A stretch of DNA of 64,000 nucleotides from Hamiltosporidium tvaerminnensis FI-OER-3-3 (taxonomy: Eukaryota; Fungi; Microsporidia). Location of the stretch: the NCBI GenBank assembly GCA_022605425.2, contig CM061249.1:434001-498000 (forward strand), in the 5' to 3' direction. Shown here in pieces: positions 13,021-25,764 of this stretch (position 1 is its first letter; the number at the start of each line of letters is the position of its first letter). The translations under genes were made by a program, and so were the position numbers. Under the pieces are notes generated by a model that was given only the letters and a program-made list of their open reading frames with translations, had not been told where the DNA came from and did not search any database.

Positions 13021-15768
13021 ATGTATGTTTTCCTATTTTCTATTAATCTAAATTATCGGTTACTTATTTCAATTATTTATATTGCTACAAATGTACTTTT
13101 GATATCTAAAAATCTTATATTCAATTCTAATTGGTTACTTTTTGATAATTGAGGTCAGTCAAAAAAAGACTAGAAGACCTTGGTAGCGATTTTAAAAGCA
13201 TATACTCCGTCATATAATCTACTTTATCTTTAAATTTTGAACTTCTTAATATTTTCCAAAATTAGATGAAAATTTATTAAATGACCAATTAAAGCATGAA
13301 GATTAAAAAATGAAGGATTAAAGTAAAGTCAACAAGGATCATATCTTTCCGCATGGCTCGCGCTATTTTTTAAGCCCCGTTTCTGATTTTTATGAAATAA
13401 ATGCAAATAAAATATTGTTTTTTAACTATAATTTGCACAAATAATGAATATAAAAGAGGATTAACAAAGGACATTGAAATAAAGATTTGCTTTGTGGCAT
13501 TTGTTATAGCTTTATAGCTATGTAATAGATTTTTTGTTTTGATTCTTTCAGGTATTTTATTTTGTGGATAAAAAATAGTAGAAACAGGCCTAATTATAAT
13601 CTAAATATCTTAAAATAAAAAACACTTCGAGCCTTGATTTTTTTTGATCTATGATAATCTTTTTGCCAAATTACAGGAAAGTGTGATTAATCCATGTTTT
13701 AAACAAAACCATCATAGTATATCCAAGAAGATACTTTTATTTACAAGTATCTATAGCATAAATAAAGTAGACCCAACTTTATATTCCCTCTTACCAGTAT
13801 ATAGCCTCGGTAAGTTGCCAAATAAAGTTTTGAGACATATATATTTACAGCATTATATTATACAATAAATTAACGTTAAAATAAGAATCACAGATGTCAC
13901 TGCCTATTTATAAATGTCTAAATATTTTTTATTGTGCTGAATTCATGTTTATTTAACTTTTTATATTTGGTGTAATTCATTAATTAATCTAAAATCGTAT
14001 ATTTTTAGTGCTATTTCGTCGAAGAGCATGAAAATTACGTATTATTCGTTTATCTAGATACTCTTTCCTGCCCACGAAAGCTATAATGCACATTAAAACC
14101 GTGTGATTGTTTGATTATATCGCCAACTTGCTTATAATTTTGTTGAATAAAGAAAATATTATAGATTAGCCAATCTTCAAAATAATTATAATTTTTATAG
14201 ATCCTTGCCAATAGCTCTATCCCCGTCACAATTAACCCATAAGTGCGTGTTTTTTTTAGAAATGATAAAAACTACTTAGAATTTTTGAGGCTGGTGTTGT
14301 CTTATCGACTATCCAAATTATTTTTTAAGTATCTATAAGCATTTTTTGTAAATATTTACCTATCGTTTACTATTTCACGTGCCTTCTCAGAGTCGTAAAT
14401 AATATTCAAGTTTCTGCAAGGTTTTTTTGATGTTGTAACCGGAACCATCAAAGTCTCAAGAAGAAAAAGAGTGTTAGGAATTTGAATATAAATCCTAGCA
14501 AATAAATCTTATTCGATATTGAAATTTCGAGTATACATCTTTGTATAATCGGATCCTATCTAATGAAACAAAGTGGAAAATTTACAAAATATCTATTGAT
14601 CGTCATAATAATTGCCTATATTTCCTACTATTGGGATTCTGTTTGTGATAGATTTTTTGTATTTTGGTAAGTTTTTTCTTATATATTGCTTAATTGGTTA
14701 ATTGATTTTTTAAATATAGTTTTAGCTTTTCTAACCTTGAAAGAGTTATAATTAAAATTTTCTGTTTCGGCGCAAAATTTTTTTAATTAATTTCATGCTA
14801 GTTATGACCAAATAGTTCTATTAACTTGCTATTTTCCTATGAATATGTTTATAGTCAAGAATGCGGTTTAAAAGAGTTAATTTTTACACCCTATAATTCC
14901 CTATATTATTACTTCAATTATAAGCCTATTTTAATCAAATTGGCTTAGTAAATATTAGAAAAGTTATTTTTCTACGCAGGAAGCAAAAGAATTAGACTAA
15001 CGAAATCAGATGGTGTTTCATTTCCATTCTTTTTTTACATTCCATGTTTTGAGACAACGTTTGATTTCGGTCATTTATTCACATTTTGGAGTTTTTGGAT
15101 TGCCGACCCAATACTCTCTCTCTCTCATTAGGTTTTATAAGTAGTAAGTGTATAGGATATTCGTGTGAAAAAGCCAATTATTACATCCGGTAATGCCTTT
15201 TTCGCGCATCCCTCGGTATTCTGTCTTGAATCAAAACTTTCTTCATGATTGAAAGTAATATTATGAACTGTTTTTTTTATTAGAGATCGACTATATTTAT
15301 TCTTATATCCTTAAAATCATCTATAGTTTTTAAGAACATACCTTCGGGTTATAAAATATCATAAAAAAGTATTACCAAGAGAATATTTGTAAAGCTTGCA
15401 AATATGATTTTCGGTCGCGATAAGTCGCACTTTCTTAGATTTGCGTTATAAAAGGTAGGTTAGGAAGCAAAGAAGTAATTCAAAAAACGAAAAAGGGAAA
15501 TTTTTTTGGAATCCCAATTTAAAATAAATATATCTGGTCTATATTTCCGCTTTTTAATATCTGTTTTCATTCTTTTTAAATCTTATTTTCGTTTATTAAC
15601 TGTTTAAAAAACATACAAAAATTGTCTCCTTAATGGAATCTAATACATATTTGTTTATATATGATTATTAATATGTTTCATTAATATATTTTTTAATTTA
15701 TCAACGATAAAAACCTTTGTGAAATCAAAAATCTTCTATATAAATACAAAAAAACCTGAATCCTTATA

Positions 15769-18147
15769 ATGAGGTTTTCAAGATCCAAATCCAATAATAT
15801 TTACCGTGAAGAATACTCTGATAATAAAATTCAGCGCATTATAATTTCCTTTATTTCCATTGTTGCGTCAATGAGTTGTGTTACTTGTTTGAAATATACA
15901 TATGGTTTTGAAAGGCATGGAAATCTTGAAATCATATTTCTTTCTGATAGAAACATATCAGATGTGACATTACAAAATTTTAATGAAGGCTTAGAGTTTG
16001 AGGTTTTTTACAATATAGAAACAATATTAAGTGAGAAAGTAGTTGAAGTTTCGTATAGAAGAGATAGATTTATTAGCTTCCAACTAATAAATTGTATTTT
16101 GGATTCTCATACTTTAGAAAATTCGTTTGGAAAAATCGAATGTAATTTTGAACTATTTTATTTCCTAAAACTGACCAATGATATATCAGACATACCTGAT
16201 AAAGTTGAATCCAATACATTTCAGAGTTTATTGATGGTGCTGAAATATCTAAAAGCAAAAGAAGGCAAAAACCAAATCAAATTTCTACAATTTTTAATAT
16301 TCAAAACTTTATTTTGCAGATACAATGTTGAATATGATAGAACAAACTCGGACGTACTTGAATTTTTCAATTCAAATTTTTGGGCACAAATTGGTTTTGA
16401 TATCATGAAAGATACTATGGTAGCATTTCTCAATAATATAATGGTAAAATATGTTTTTCAAGATGGGAACTGTATTTTACTAGAAAAAGCCAATGATTTT
16501 TATGATATGTCACTATTTGATGAACACATACCGTATAAAAATTTAATGATAAATAATTGTAAGATTTTCTGCATTATAGAGAATATATTAAAAGATTCAA
16601 ATACGTTAATTTTCTTTGAAATTATTCTGGATGGAATAAATATGAGATCCTTGGTTTTGAATAATTCTATAGGGTTTGACTTTCCTGATATGGGATTTGG
16701 TTTTTTTATCTTGTCTATTAAAACATTCAAATCAGTTACAGTTTCAAATTTTGCCAGATCCCCATCGCAATTTTTTAATAAAATTAGTTTGGTTCTAAGA
16801 AATGAAATTGAATTTTTAAGTTTCATTAATGTGGTTATTCGAAAAGAGACTCTTGATTTATTCTTAAAAAAACAACCGCTAAAAGGATTGAGTTTGACTA
16901 TTACCGATATGGAAATTGATACGCATTTTATTGATGATTATACTTACTCGATTGATGCCTTAGAATATATAAATTTCAGAATTTTATGTATCTGTCCTAA
17001 CTGGTGGACTAGGTTTTTTAGCACTGAAAATGCTCGTATAATCAAACTTGTTTTATATAATAATTTGGCACAGGAATGCTTTGTTAACGAAATTGTTAAA
17101 TTGAGAACACAACAAAAAACATTATATTTAGATGTAAGCTTTGTAAGTTTTGCGAATCTCAACGTTTTTTGCAAATATTTAAAACACTTTATACATTTAA
17201 AAACTCTAAAACTTTATAGATTTAAAATTGATGCAGTGTGTGAAAAGGGATTTGTAAAATCACTGAGAAAAATGGACGCGTTAGAACACCTAGCATTAAG
17301 ACACTATGCATTTAGAACAAAAATTTATAATTTCATATTTCAAAAACAGGGTATAAAAATTTTGCGTTTAGAAAACATTACTCAAAAACAAGAAATTTTG
17401 AATATTGGCTCCATTTATAATCATCAATCATTAACAGAACTTTTCTTGATGAACTTTAAAATCGATATAGAAGGTCTAGCAGAAATATTTAATCTGCTAA
17501 ATTTAAAGGTTTTATCATTGGAATCTTGTATTATCGAATACAATATTAAATTAAAATTTCGTGAATTCAGATCCAAAAGCATCGAATCATTATTTTTAAG
17601 AAAATCAAGAATAGGAACACCTGAAAACATAATTCTTTTAAGCAGCCTTAACAAATTAGAGAACCTAGATATATCAGGTACACAAGTCCTGCCTGGTTAT
17701 TTGAGCAGATTAAGCCAAATGTGTAATATAACATTGAAAAGATTACTTTGCACTTTCTGTGTTTTAAATTCCAGTGATTTGAATAGAATGAAAAATCTTG
17801 AAGCTCTAGAGGAATTAAATCTTGCTGGATGTGAATTTTCTGGGTGTAATTTTTGGAAATTTTTAGGCGGTTATTGTAATTTTTCCAATTCTTTGGTGAT
17901 TCTAAATTTATTTCAGATTAAAACAAATTATAAAGAGCTAAAATACTTACGAAATTTTAAAAACATGAAAAATTTATCTTTATCAGTAGTAGGCTATGAG
18001 ATGCTTGCGGAAAAAAACTATTTGAGATTCTTGCCCATTAAAGAATTTTCTACGGCTAAGAGATTTCGATCCGCTAATTCTACTGAGGCATATAAATATA
18101 TATATTTATACGAAGAAAATATTAATATTGATTATCTATATTTGTAA
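15769..18147 (+). CDS. Leucine-rich-repeat protein with N-terminal hydrophobic (signal-like) segment
   Basis: 792-aa ORF. Repeated LxxLxL motifs (LKTLKL, LEHLAL, LTELFL, LKVLSLESC, LENLDISGT, LEELNLAGC) in the C-terminal half; hydrophobic IIISFISIVASMSCVTC near the N-terminus. Confidence 0.85.
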   Translation: MRFSRSKSNNIYREEYSDNKIQRIIISFISIVASMSCVTCLKYTYGFERHGNLEIIFLSDRNISDVTLQNFNEGLEFEVFYNIETILSEKVVEVSYRRDRFISFQLINCILDSHTLENSFGKIECNFELFYFLKLTNDISDIPDKVESNTFQSLLMVLKYLKAKEGKNQIKFLQFLIFKTLFCRYNVEYDRTNSDVLEFFNSNFWAQIGFDIMKDTMVAFLNNIMVKYVFQDGNCILLEKANDFYDMSLFDEHIPYKNLMINNCKIFCIIENILKDSNTLIFFEIILDGINMRSLVLNNSIGFDFPDMGFGFFILSIKTFKSVTVSNFARSPSQFFNKISLVLRNEIEFLSFINVVIRKETLDLFLKKQPLKGLSLTITDMEIDTHFIDDYTYSIDALEYINFRILCICPNWWTRFFSTENARIIKLVLYNNLAQECFVNEIVKLRTQQKTLYLDVSFVSFANLNVFCKYLKHFIHLKTLKLYRFKIDAVCEKGFVKSLRKMDALEHLALRHYAFRTKIYNFIFQKQGIKILRLENITQKQEILNIGSIYNHQSLTELFLMNFKIDIEGLAEIFNLLNLKVLSLESCIIEYNIKLKFREFRSKSIESLFLRKSRIGTPENIILLSSLNKLENLDISGTQVLPGYLSRLSQMCNITLKRLLCTFCVLNSSDLNRMKNLEALEELNLAGCEFSGCNFWKFLGGYCNFSNSLVILNLFQIKTNYKELKYLRNFKNMKNLSLSVVGYEMLAEKNYLRFLPIKEFSTAKRFRSANSTEAYKYIYLYEENINIDYLYL

Positions 18148-18799
18148 AAATCTTTTTTTGTTGTTTTTAGTTTATTTAAATTAATATAAAAATTAGTCTT
18201 CAAAAAATTCTTTAACCTATATTTTTACACTTTTTGATTATTTTTTGAATCTTCATAGTCAGTAATAATACTACTATTTACTATATAACATTTTATATTT
18301 TTTATAATTATTCTTTTTCTGAGCTTACATTATTTTAATCTAAATCATATCTGTGTTTAATTATTATTTTGTATTTTGAAGTATATCGATTTATCTATTC
18401 ATTATTCGACGTGAGATTAAATAATTTTGCGTTTTTTTTTTTCAAACAACTTTCTTAGTTTCTATTAGGCATGTCCACTGATTAAATATTTAATTCAAAA
18501 ATTAATTGTTATTTAAATATCTTAGGCAATTTAAAGATTTTAAAAGATTAGATTATCTAAATATAAATAAGCATCTGCTTTATACCTCATCCGTCTATAT
18601 ATAAATTTTTTCGATAGTATATTATATATTATTAGAATATAAATTTGTAGGGTCGTAAAGAAATCTTCTTGTTGTTTAAGAGATCTTATACTTTCACACC
18701 GTTTTTTTTTATAGAATATTTATATCGAGTAGTTAGACAATCTTTGTTAGTAATTTATCTTATTATGAACTATTAATTATTTTTATTAGAACTGTTATC

Positions 18800-19950
18800 G
18801 CATTGAATTCGGATCAATTAAGCCAATTGAGATAATTTCATCAGAAAATATTCTTATTGATGCTATCGGTTTTTAAAAATTCTTTTTTAAGCATATCTAT
18901 TACAATATTTTCAATGGAACACCTCTTAAACCAAAATTGGTTTTGATGTCAGCATATTGTTATTCTGCAATGATTTTTTGTATAAACCCGTTTATTCTAA
19001 GAAATTTATAGAATTAAAGAAGTATATTTTCGTACCAATAAAGTCTTGAACTTCATCTATCTATTGTGTTTGGCAAAAATTTGTTTTATTCTCGCGGGTT
19101 GTTAGTTTTTTTTTTGAAATTTATCTGATACTTAATCGAACTACTCTAATTTAAGTTTGTCAAAGACTTGAACATTTGATTTTTTTTCAAGGTGAATTTC
19201 TAAACTATAAGTTAAGATAAGTCGCTTTCTATATTAAAGTAGGATTCGTTTCTGAATTCGGAAAACACCTTAAACGTAAATCTTATAATCATTAGGATAT
19301 TCAAGTTGTATTTTTATAGCATAACTATATGTTCATATATTAAACACGAGAGTCTATTGAAGTATTAAAATGGTTTAAGTGAGGCCAGTAAATATCTAAT
19401 AGAAGATAATCGAATGTACAGAGAGAATAAAACAACTGATATAAAATATCATTGAATTATATTTTAAATTCTAAATTATAGCATTTTTGGGAGCAACTAT
19501 AAATCTAGAAAAGGTATACTAGTAAAAATGATATTAATATTGGTTTATGTGATTCGATATTTTAACTATAATCAGCCTTTCTTAATAATTGTGAGATATA
19601 ATTATATCAATAATATACTATGGTTTTATCTGAACTTGAAAAGTACATAACTGAATATTTTTCTCTAGATGTGATTTGACTTCTTCTAACACCATAAATA
19701 ATTAATACTCATTGATGAATACTTCGAATTTTTAGTTTTTATAGTAGAAGAATTAACACTAAAAATAAATAGATATTATAGTTGCATATTGAACATACTA
19801 ATATACACCTTATAAAAGGTTATAGGTTTTTATAATTTAAATAGCGAACTCAACCAAAGATTATTTTTCATTCCATAAGCATATACCGACATTTCAAGAT
19901 ATATTTTAGTGATAGAAATCTTTAAGAGCTTAAGATATCACGTTATAAAA
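18800..19950 (+). pseudogene. Decayed LRR-family gene remnant
   Basis: Stop-riddled frames retain LRR-like fragments (QRLEHLIFF, SIEVLKWF, VEELTL, KSLRA*DI). Boundaries are approximate. Confidence 0.35.
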
Positions 19951-22900
19951 TTCTTTCACAAAAACATTTTTTTATTAGTACTTATTCTGTAGTTAATTCA
20001 ACTGAAAAACACGTTATTTTTTCTTTTTTCTTTTTTCGACTTATAAATTTATAATTACTCAAATTTATCTTTTTGTATAAATATTTTTACGAAATATTTT
20101 TAAATAATCAAATAAAGGAAGATATAGGTTTTAAATTTTATCAAGAAAGATATCAAATAAACTATTTTTCTTTTTAATTCGATATATATATGTATATTAG
20201 TTAAGAAAAAGTAAAAATAATCAATTTGTTGCAGTACAAATTATTCTAAAATTACTTCTATGAATAAAGCCAGAACGTGATCAATGAAATAAGATCGTAA
20301 AGTGGGCTTGTCGGGCCCGACTTGAAAAAAGTAAAAATCTTAACAAAAATTACGTATTAATACACCCTTAGTTAATTAGGTGAAATTTTCGATGCTTAAC
20401 TGTGATTAACTATCCCCGAAGTAAATTTCTTGTACCGGTTGAGATAGTTCATAACTAGAGCTTTTGAAATGTATTTTCAAACATTATTTTTTGTTTTTTG
20501 CACATATAAAAACGTATTTCATTCACTATTATGTTCTCATTACCTAACACATAAAAAAAATTGCGACAAAATATAATATAAGCACAACTTAGATTATACC
20601 TAGCTACTTATTACATTGTAAAAACCGAGTGTTTTATTGTATGATTTAGATATCTAATACATAATTTTTACAAAAAGTAAATTATATATGAAATATTTAA
20701 ATAATATATCGTAAAACTTTAGCTCGCCTTTTAATTTTTGATTCTATGTATGTTTTACAGATTTGCCTAAAAATCGGCAAAACCTTATTTTTTTGTACTT
20801 TCAGCGCTCTATCTTTAATTCCACATGAGAGTTTTCTAAGTATTCTAAAGCTACTTCAAAAAAATTCTGGAATTGCAAACAATAATTCGTTTTAAAATCC
20901 CATACTTAAATTGCATCTTATCTTTGTTAGAATTTTTAATGTGAGATGGACACTTTATTTTAACGCTAATCTGCACAGAATAATCTCGGTAATTTTTGCT
21001 GCCTTTTCGCTTCGCTTAACCCTTGGCTAGCTGGTCGAGAAAGTTTTCACAATCTAAAAATCCGCTGTCTGAAGCAATTTAATCACTTCATCATAGTTCC
21101 CACCTTAAATTTCTTCATGGAAATGTAAAAAATTTTTATTGTGTTCTTTATTCCTACGATTTTTTGAATTTAAATGCTTTGTATTATTGTCAATTTCCGG
21201 ATCTAATTTCTTGAATTTTGATTGTGACTATCTCTGTGCTGAAATTTTAAATGAATATCTAGGTTTTAGCAGAAAATGGCTATATTATATCAAATCAGTA
21301 GTTTTGGGTTTGATTTTTGACAAAGTTCATATTTTTATGACGAATTTATAAATTTTTTGAGTATAGAGAGTTCTTAAGATGCAAATTTTCTTCAAATTAC
21401 TGATAAATCAGCAAACAAATATTTAAAGAGAGTAAATAGAGTCCAAAGCCAAAAAAGAGTTTCTCAAAAGCCTTCCAAGATTATAATAAAGAGAAGTATT
21501 ACAAATATGTCTTTTTTAGGTCATGAATAAGTTAAGTGTAGAGATGAATTTTTTCTAAAGCCATAGAAAAGTACATAGCTTAGTTATAAAGTCGTTTTTT
21601 ATGAAATAAAATGCTTGGTACCAAGTTCTAGACTATATTTTTCTAGAATTCCAAGATTATCAGTCTTTTAAAATTGAGGCGCTTGGACAAAAGGTTGTAT
21701 GTCTCCATAAATATTTAAGTAACGCGATATTGACCCCGAAAAGCAATCAATCATTATATTCCCAAAAAAATAAGAAGGCTAGCTAATACGGAAATTTTTT
21801 TATCCCAATTTCACACTTGCCTAGGTTCATACACACCTCTTGTGGGTATGTACAGTATTTTAAGCATAGTTTTCACGTTGGAGCTTGTTATCAGATGCGC
21901 CTCTCTCTAAAATAAAACACGATTTGGTTAATATATCGTCTAAAGCGTGCAAAATAAAATTTCTCCCGCGAAATATATAAATTTCAACAAGATTCATTTT
22001 CATTTAGGTTAGTCAAAGTAAAAAAAAATAATTCTAATGGAGCTTTTTTTTCAGATTACTATCGATTCTGCCAAAATGTATTTTTCGCAACTAAGTTATT
22101 CCCGTAAGGTAGGTAGGAACTTTTTTTGGAACTTATTACGATTATTAACGATTCTTTCAATCTTTTTTGTTAGTGGTAACAGTAGCTGTTTCACATATTT
22201 TTATTTGTACATAGATATTAATCATATGAAAGGCTCGGGAAAGTCTAAATAGCGAGCATTTTACAACAATAATGTTATTTTTTATTCTGTTAAAAAATTA
22301 CTAACTCAAAGATATAGATCATAGTTTTATCGCGCTTTGTTTAGGATGATTTGAAAAAAACCTAACTGGTAACATTATATGACCTGGTTTATTTTCGAAT
22401 TTCAAACCGTTACAAAAGCAAAGGTGAATATTCAGTTGAAGATGCGAAAAAACCATAATAATAAGGATTTAAGTAAGGCGATATTAATCACTATAAATAA
22501 AAAAGAATTGTAAGTCTAAATTCAAAAAAAATAAAGCTGCGAAAGAGCAAAAATCGAAGTGCAAAATAAGCGAGCACTTTATCATATTTTTGGGCTAGAT
22601 TATTGCTGATTACTGCTCAACTTAATTTTTACATGATGGATAAATAAAACTTAGCGTGATCGGGTATAGGTCAATTATTTTTTGACTTTTCTATTTCGAA
22701 AATCCGAAGCGTATCAAATGAAGCGATTTTAATGACATTAGGCACAAAGAAATAATGCAAAACAAAATTAAAATATGCGTTAGATTTTTTTCAAAATTTT
22801 ATGTTGTTCTTGTTCTGGGTTAACGGGTTGCCTCGAAGCTCACTTGATTCGAGTTCTTGGAACAATTAATTTTAAGTTGTTGATAAGTAAATTAAAGTAC

Positions 22901-23299
22901 TGTTAAGACGCACAGAAAAATATTTCTGACTTACGCCTATTTTGCTGAAATCATTTATATATTACGGGACTTTTTATATAATCAAAAAAATAAACATTTA
23001 AAATATTTAAACAAACTTTATGCTTATGAAATACCTTTAACTCTTCGTGATCATCAAAAAAACATGTTTTCTGTCAGAAAATTATTATTTTATTTTGCCA
23101 GCATTGTAATAACTGAACCAATTCTATTTCAATTATATATAGCTCATATGTTTACGTGTTTTTATTTACTTTGGTAAAGTTAAGGATGTATCTAACTCCG
23201 CCAGAGATACGATGAGTTCTGATCTGCCCGTTCAAAGTAATGATAAAGGAGCAGGGTTAGCATATAGCTAACACTTTTATCTCATAAAACCATATTGTT

Positions 23300-23650
23300 A
23301 TTAAGCCGTAACAAAATAATATAAGTTGGAAAAATCTTTAAAGTGTGCTAGGCTCTTTAAGAGCTGTAGCTTTAATAAGTAGTAAATATTAGGGAGGGTT
23401 TTGGTATTTAAGGCTTGAATCTAAGCTTTACTAACTCAAATAAACGCTTTAAAGAAGCCGAGTATTTTTCCATCGCCGATTTGATAACACATGTGCATAT
23501 TTCTAAATTCTATAAAAAGTACCATAGATTAAAAATCTCTAGTATCTTAACATAATATCGGCATAAGTTTTAAATTCTCAATCAATATGATGAAAAATCT
23601 TGCTAAATTTGCGTTAAAGAAGTGTATTATTTCTTAACAAAATAGCAATA
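23300..23650 (+). pseudogene. Decayed LRR-family gene remnant
   Basis: Fragments KSLKCARLFKSCSF, IKNL*YLNII and MKNLAKFALKKC in broken frames. Boundaries are approximate. Confidence 0.35.
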
Positions 23651-24387
23651 TACTTATAATTCAATATAGATAGGTTTAACTTTTTTTGATGGATTATATA
23701 AAATATAAATAAAAAGCAATGCAATATAATATAATATGATAGTTTGGCTAGAACTTTACATATTTGATAAAGTGATTAAATGGGATAATTTTAAAACTTA
23801 GCAGTATTAAAAAAGCGATATTCTTTCAATACATTATCTCGAAAAAAATATGATTTTTATTTTTAAAGAGAATCAGAAATAAGGATATGTAATACAGGTT
23901 TAGAACTAGATTAGTCATTATTTATTCCAATACAAATGATAGAGATTTTTTTATTTTCGAGGCTGAATTTTTTTAGCTATTTTAAGTATATTTTAGATGC
24001 AAGTATGAATACATATACTTTATAGTTGCTTTAAAATGATAAATTAAAAGAATTTTTCGGCAAAAACTTTGTTTTTCATTCTTTATAACACATGAATCTT
24101 TACCTTCTGTTCATAATCAATAAGTTTCATATTTTTTTTGTTTAAAAGCAATCAATTTATTATAGAACGCCAACTTCAAATCCCAAATATATATTCTGCA
24201 TATATTGAATTTACTATTTCTACACTCTTTAATCTATTTCACAAAGTTTTTTTAAATTTGATAAAACATAATTTATTTAATTTTTTTTTTGGAACAAAAT
24301 ATCTATTCGATTGGAATTAAGAGCATTCTTAAAATTAATTTTTAATGAACTTTCTAACATAAAACATTTCAATTGAATCGATACAAA

Positions 24388-25125
24388 ATGACTTTAACAA
24401 TAAAAAGAAGAAGCCAAGACGAAATGAAAAAATACAAAAATTTTAATATCTGCGATTTAACTGTCGAAATCTTGTCTTTTCTTTGCCTTATTCTTATAGA
24501 AGTATTTGTACCAATTATTTCTTACATTAGAATATTTAATAATGAGGAAAATACGATCTTAGGTGTAATAATTCTTAAATATATCATACTCGCTTTGTTG
24601 TTAAATTTCTCTTTTCTATTTCATATATATTACAAAACTCTCGGGCGTAGACTTAGTCAAGTTTATTTGTTCACTGGTCTTATTCTTTATCTATTTATTA
24701 CGACCGAATTGTTTATAACTTCATATAATGTCTACCTAGGATATATAATGTCATCAACATGTGTTTTTCTATATTCGTCCGTTAACTTAATAGCACATTT
24801 TATTATCTTTATAAAATTTAATAACTGCAAGTTTATAAAAAAAGAAGCTTCTTTTAGAGTATATTTGAATTTCTTTTATTGTGTCTACACATTATTAATT
24901 GTAAAAAGCTTGATTAACAAAATATTTATAATAAATGTCGAGGATTTTTTTGCTTTCAAATTTACAGCTTATGGAATAGAGATGATAATCTCATACATTG
25001 CTTTAATTAGAAAAAACAGTTGGAGAAGTTCTTTATTATTGTTTATCTATCAGATATTCTTTTTATTTTCATTGGAGATGAACTCTTTGTATTCTTTTTA
25101 TAAAAATATTTATTATATCGCCTGA
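24388..25125 (+). CDS. Lineage-specific ~7-TM membrane protein, paralogue 3 (divergent)
   Basis: ATG at 24388. Same length and hydropathy as the other paralogues, with ILKYIILALLLN, RRLSQVY, KFNNCKFIKK and IRKNSWRSSLLLFIY. Confidence 0.8.
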   Translation: MTLTIKRRSQDEMKKYKNFNICDLTVEILSFLCLILIEVFVPIISYIRIFNNEENTILGVIILKYIILALLLNFSFLFHIYYKTLGRRLSQVYLFTGLILYLFITTELFITSYNVYLGYIMSSTCVFLYSSVNLIAHFIIFIKFNNCKFIKKEASFRVYLNFFYCVYTLLIVKSLINKIFIINVEDFFAFKFTAYGIEMIISYIALIRKNSWRSSLLLFIYQIFFLFSLEMNSLYSFYKNIYYIA

Positions 25126-25525
25126 AAAACGATTAAATAAATTTGTTTTTTATTTATCGGCTAATATTTGTTTCTAAGTTTATTTGGTTCTTAAAAATTG
25201 TTGATGATCGCTTTTTAAAACATATTTCTGTATTTAATATTACGGTTTAAAATATGTTGGCATTCAAATTAGTTGTCCGAGACTCTGAGAAAAATAATGG
25301 TTTGTTTTAATGTGTTTAATACCAGAAAAAGCAAACAACTTAATATATTAGATTGGGAAAATAATTTATTTATTAAAAAAAATCTAAAGATAAACAATAG
25401 CCGAAAGATTTTTTTTTATTTGCAATATAATATTTGTTTTGAATTGTTTAAAAAACTTGGAATACTTCATTTTTTAAAAAATAGTGTTCCGAATAAATTG
25501 GAATTTTACAGTAGATTTATTTTAT

Positions 25526-25764
25526 GCGCATTCATTCACCCTCAGCACTACAGCTCTGCACGAGCTTGGCCTCCCTCAGTAATACCGCCCACTGGTCTCT
25601 TTCCAGTGGGTGTGTTTACTTTTTAGGGTTTTTTAAAAGGTGGTTTTAAAGAGTAGGTTGTTGGCCCACCGCCTAACCTCAACTTGGAGGATTGGTCGCT
25701 TTTAGTCGCCTTTTACGACGAACAGAGAATACTCCAAGCTAATTCTGTTCCAGACATGGTGGGT
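25526..25764. mobile_element. 239-bp RTE-related SINE-like insertion with 12-bp target-site duplication
   Basis: GC-rich island flanked by GATTTATTTTAT at 25514-25525 and 25765-25776. The left end is the reverse complement of an RTE-like 3' end with a (CATT) repeat. Contains perfect hairpin CCCACTGG/CCAGTGGG (25588-25610). Confidence 0.75.

Noticed and set aside
15160-15280. Possible Tc1 relic (VKKPII..)
   Set aside because: Too degenerate, and no TIRs were found.
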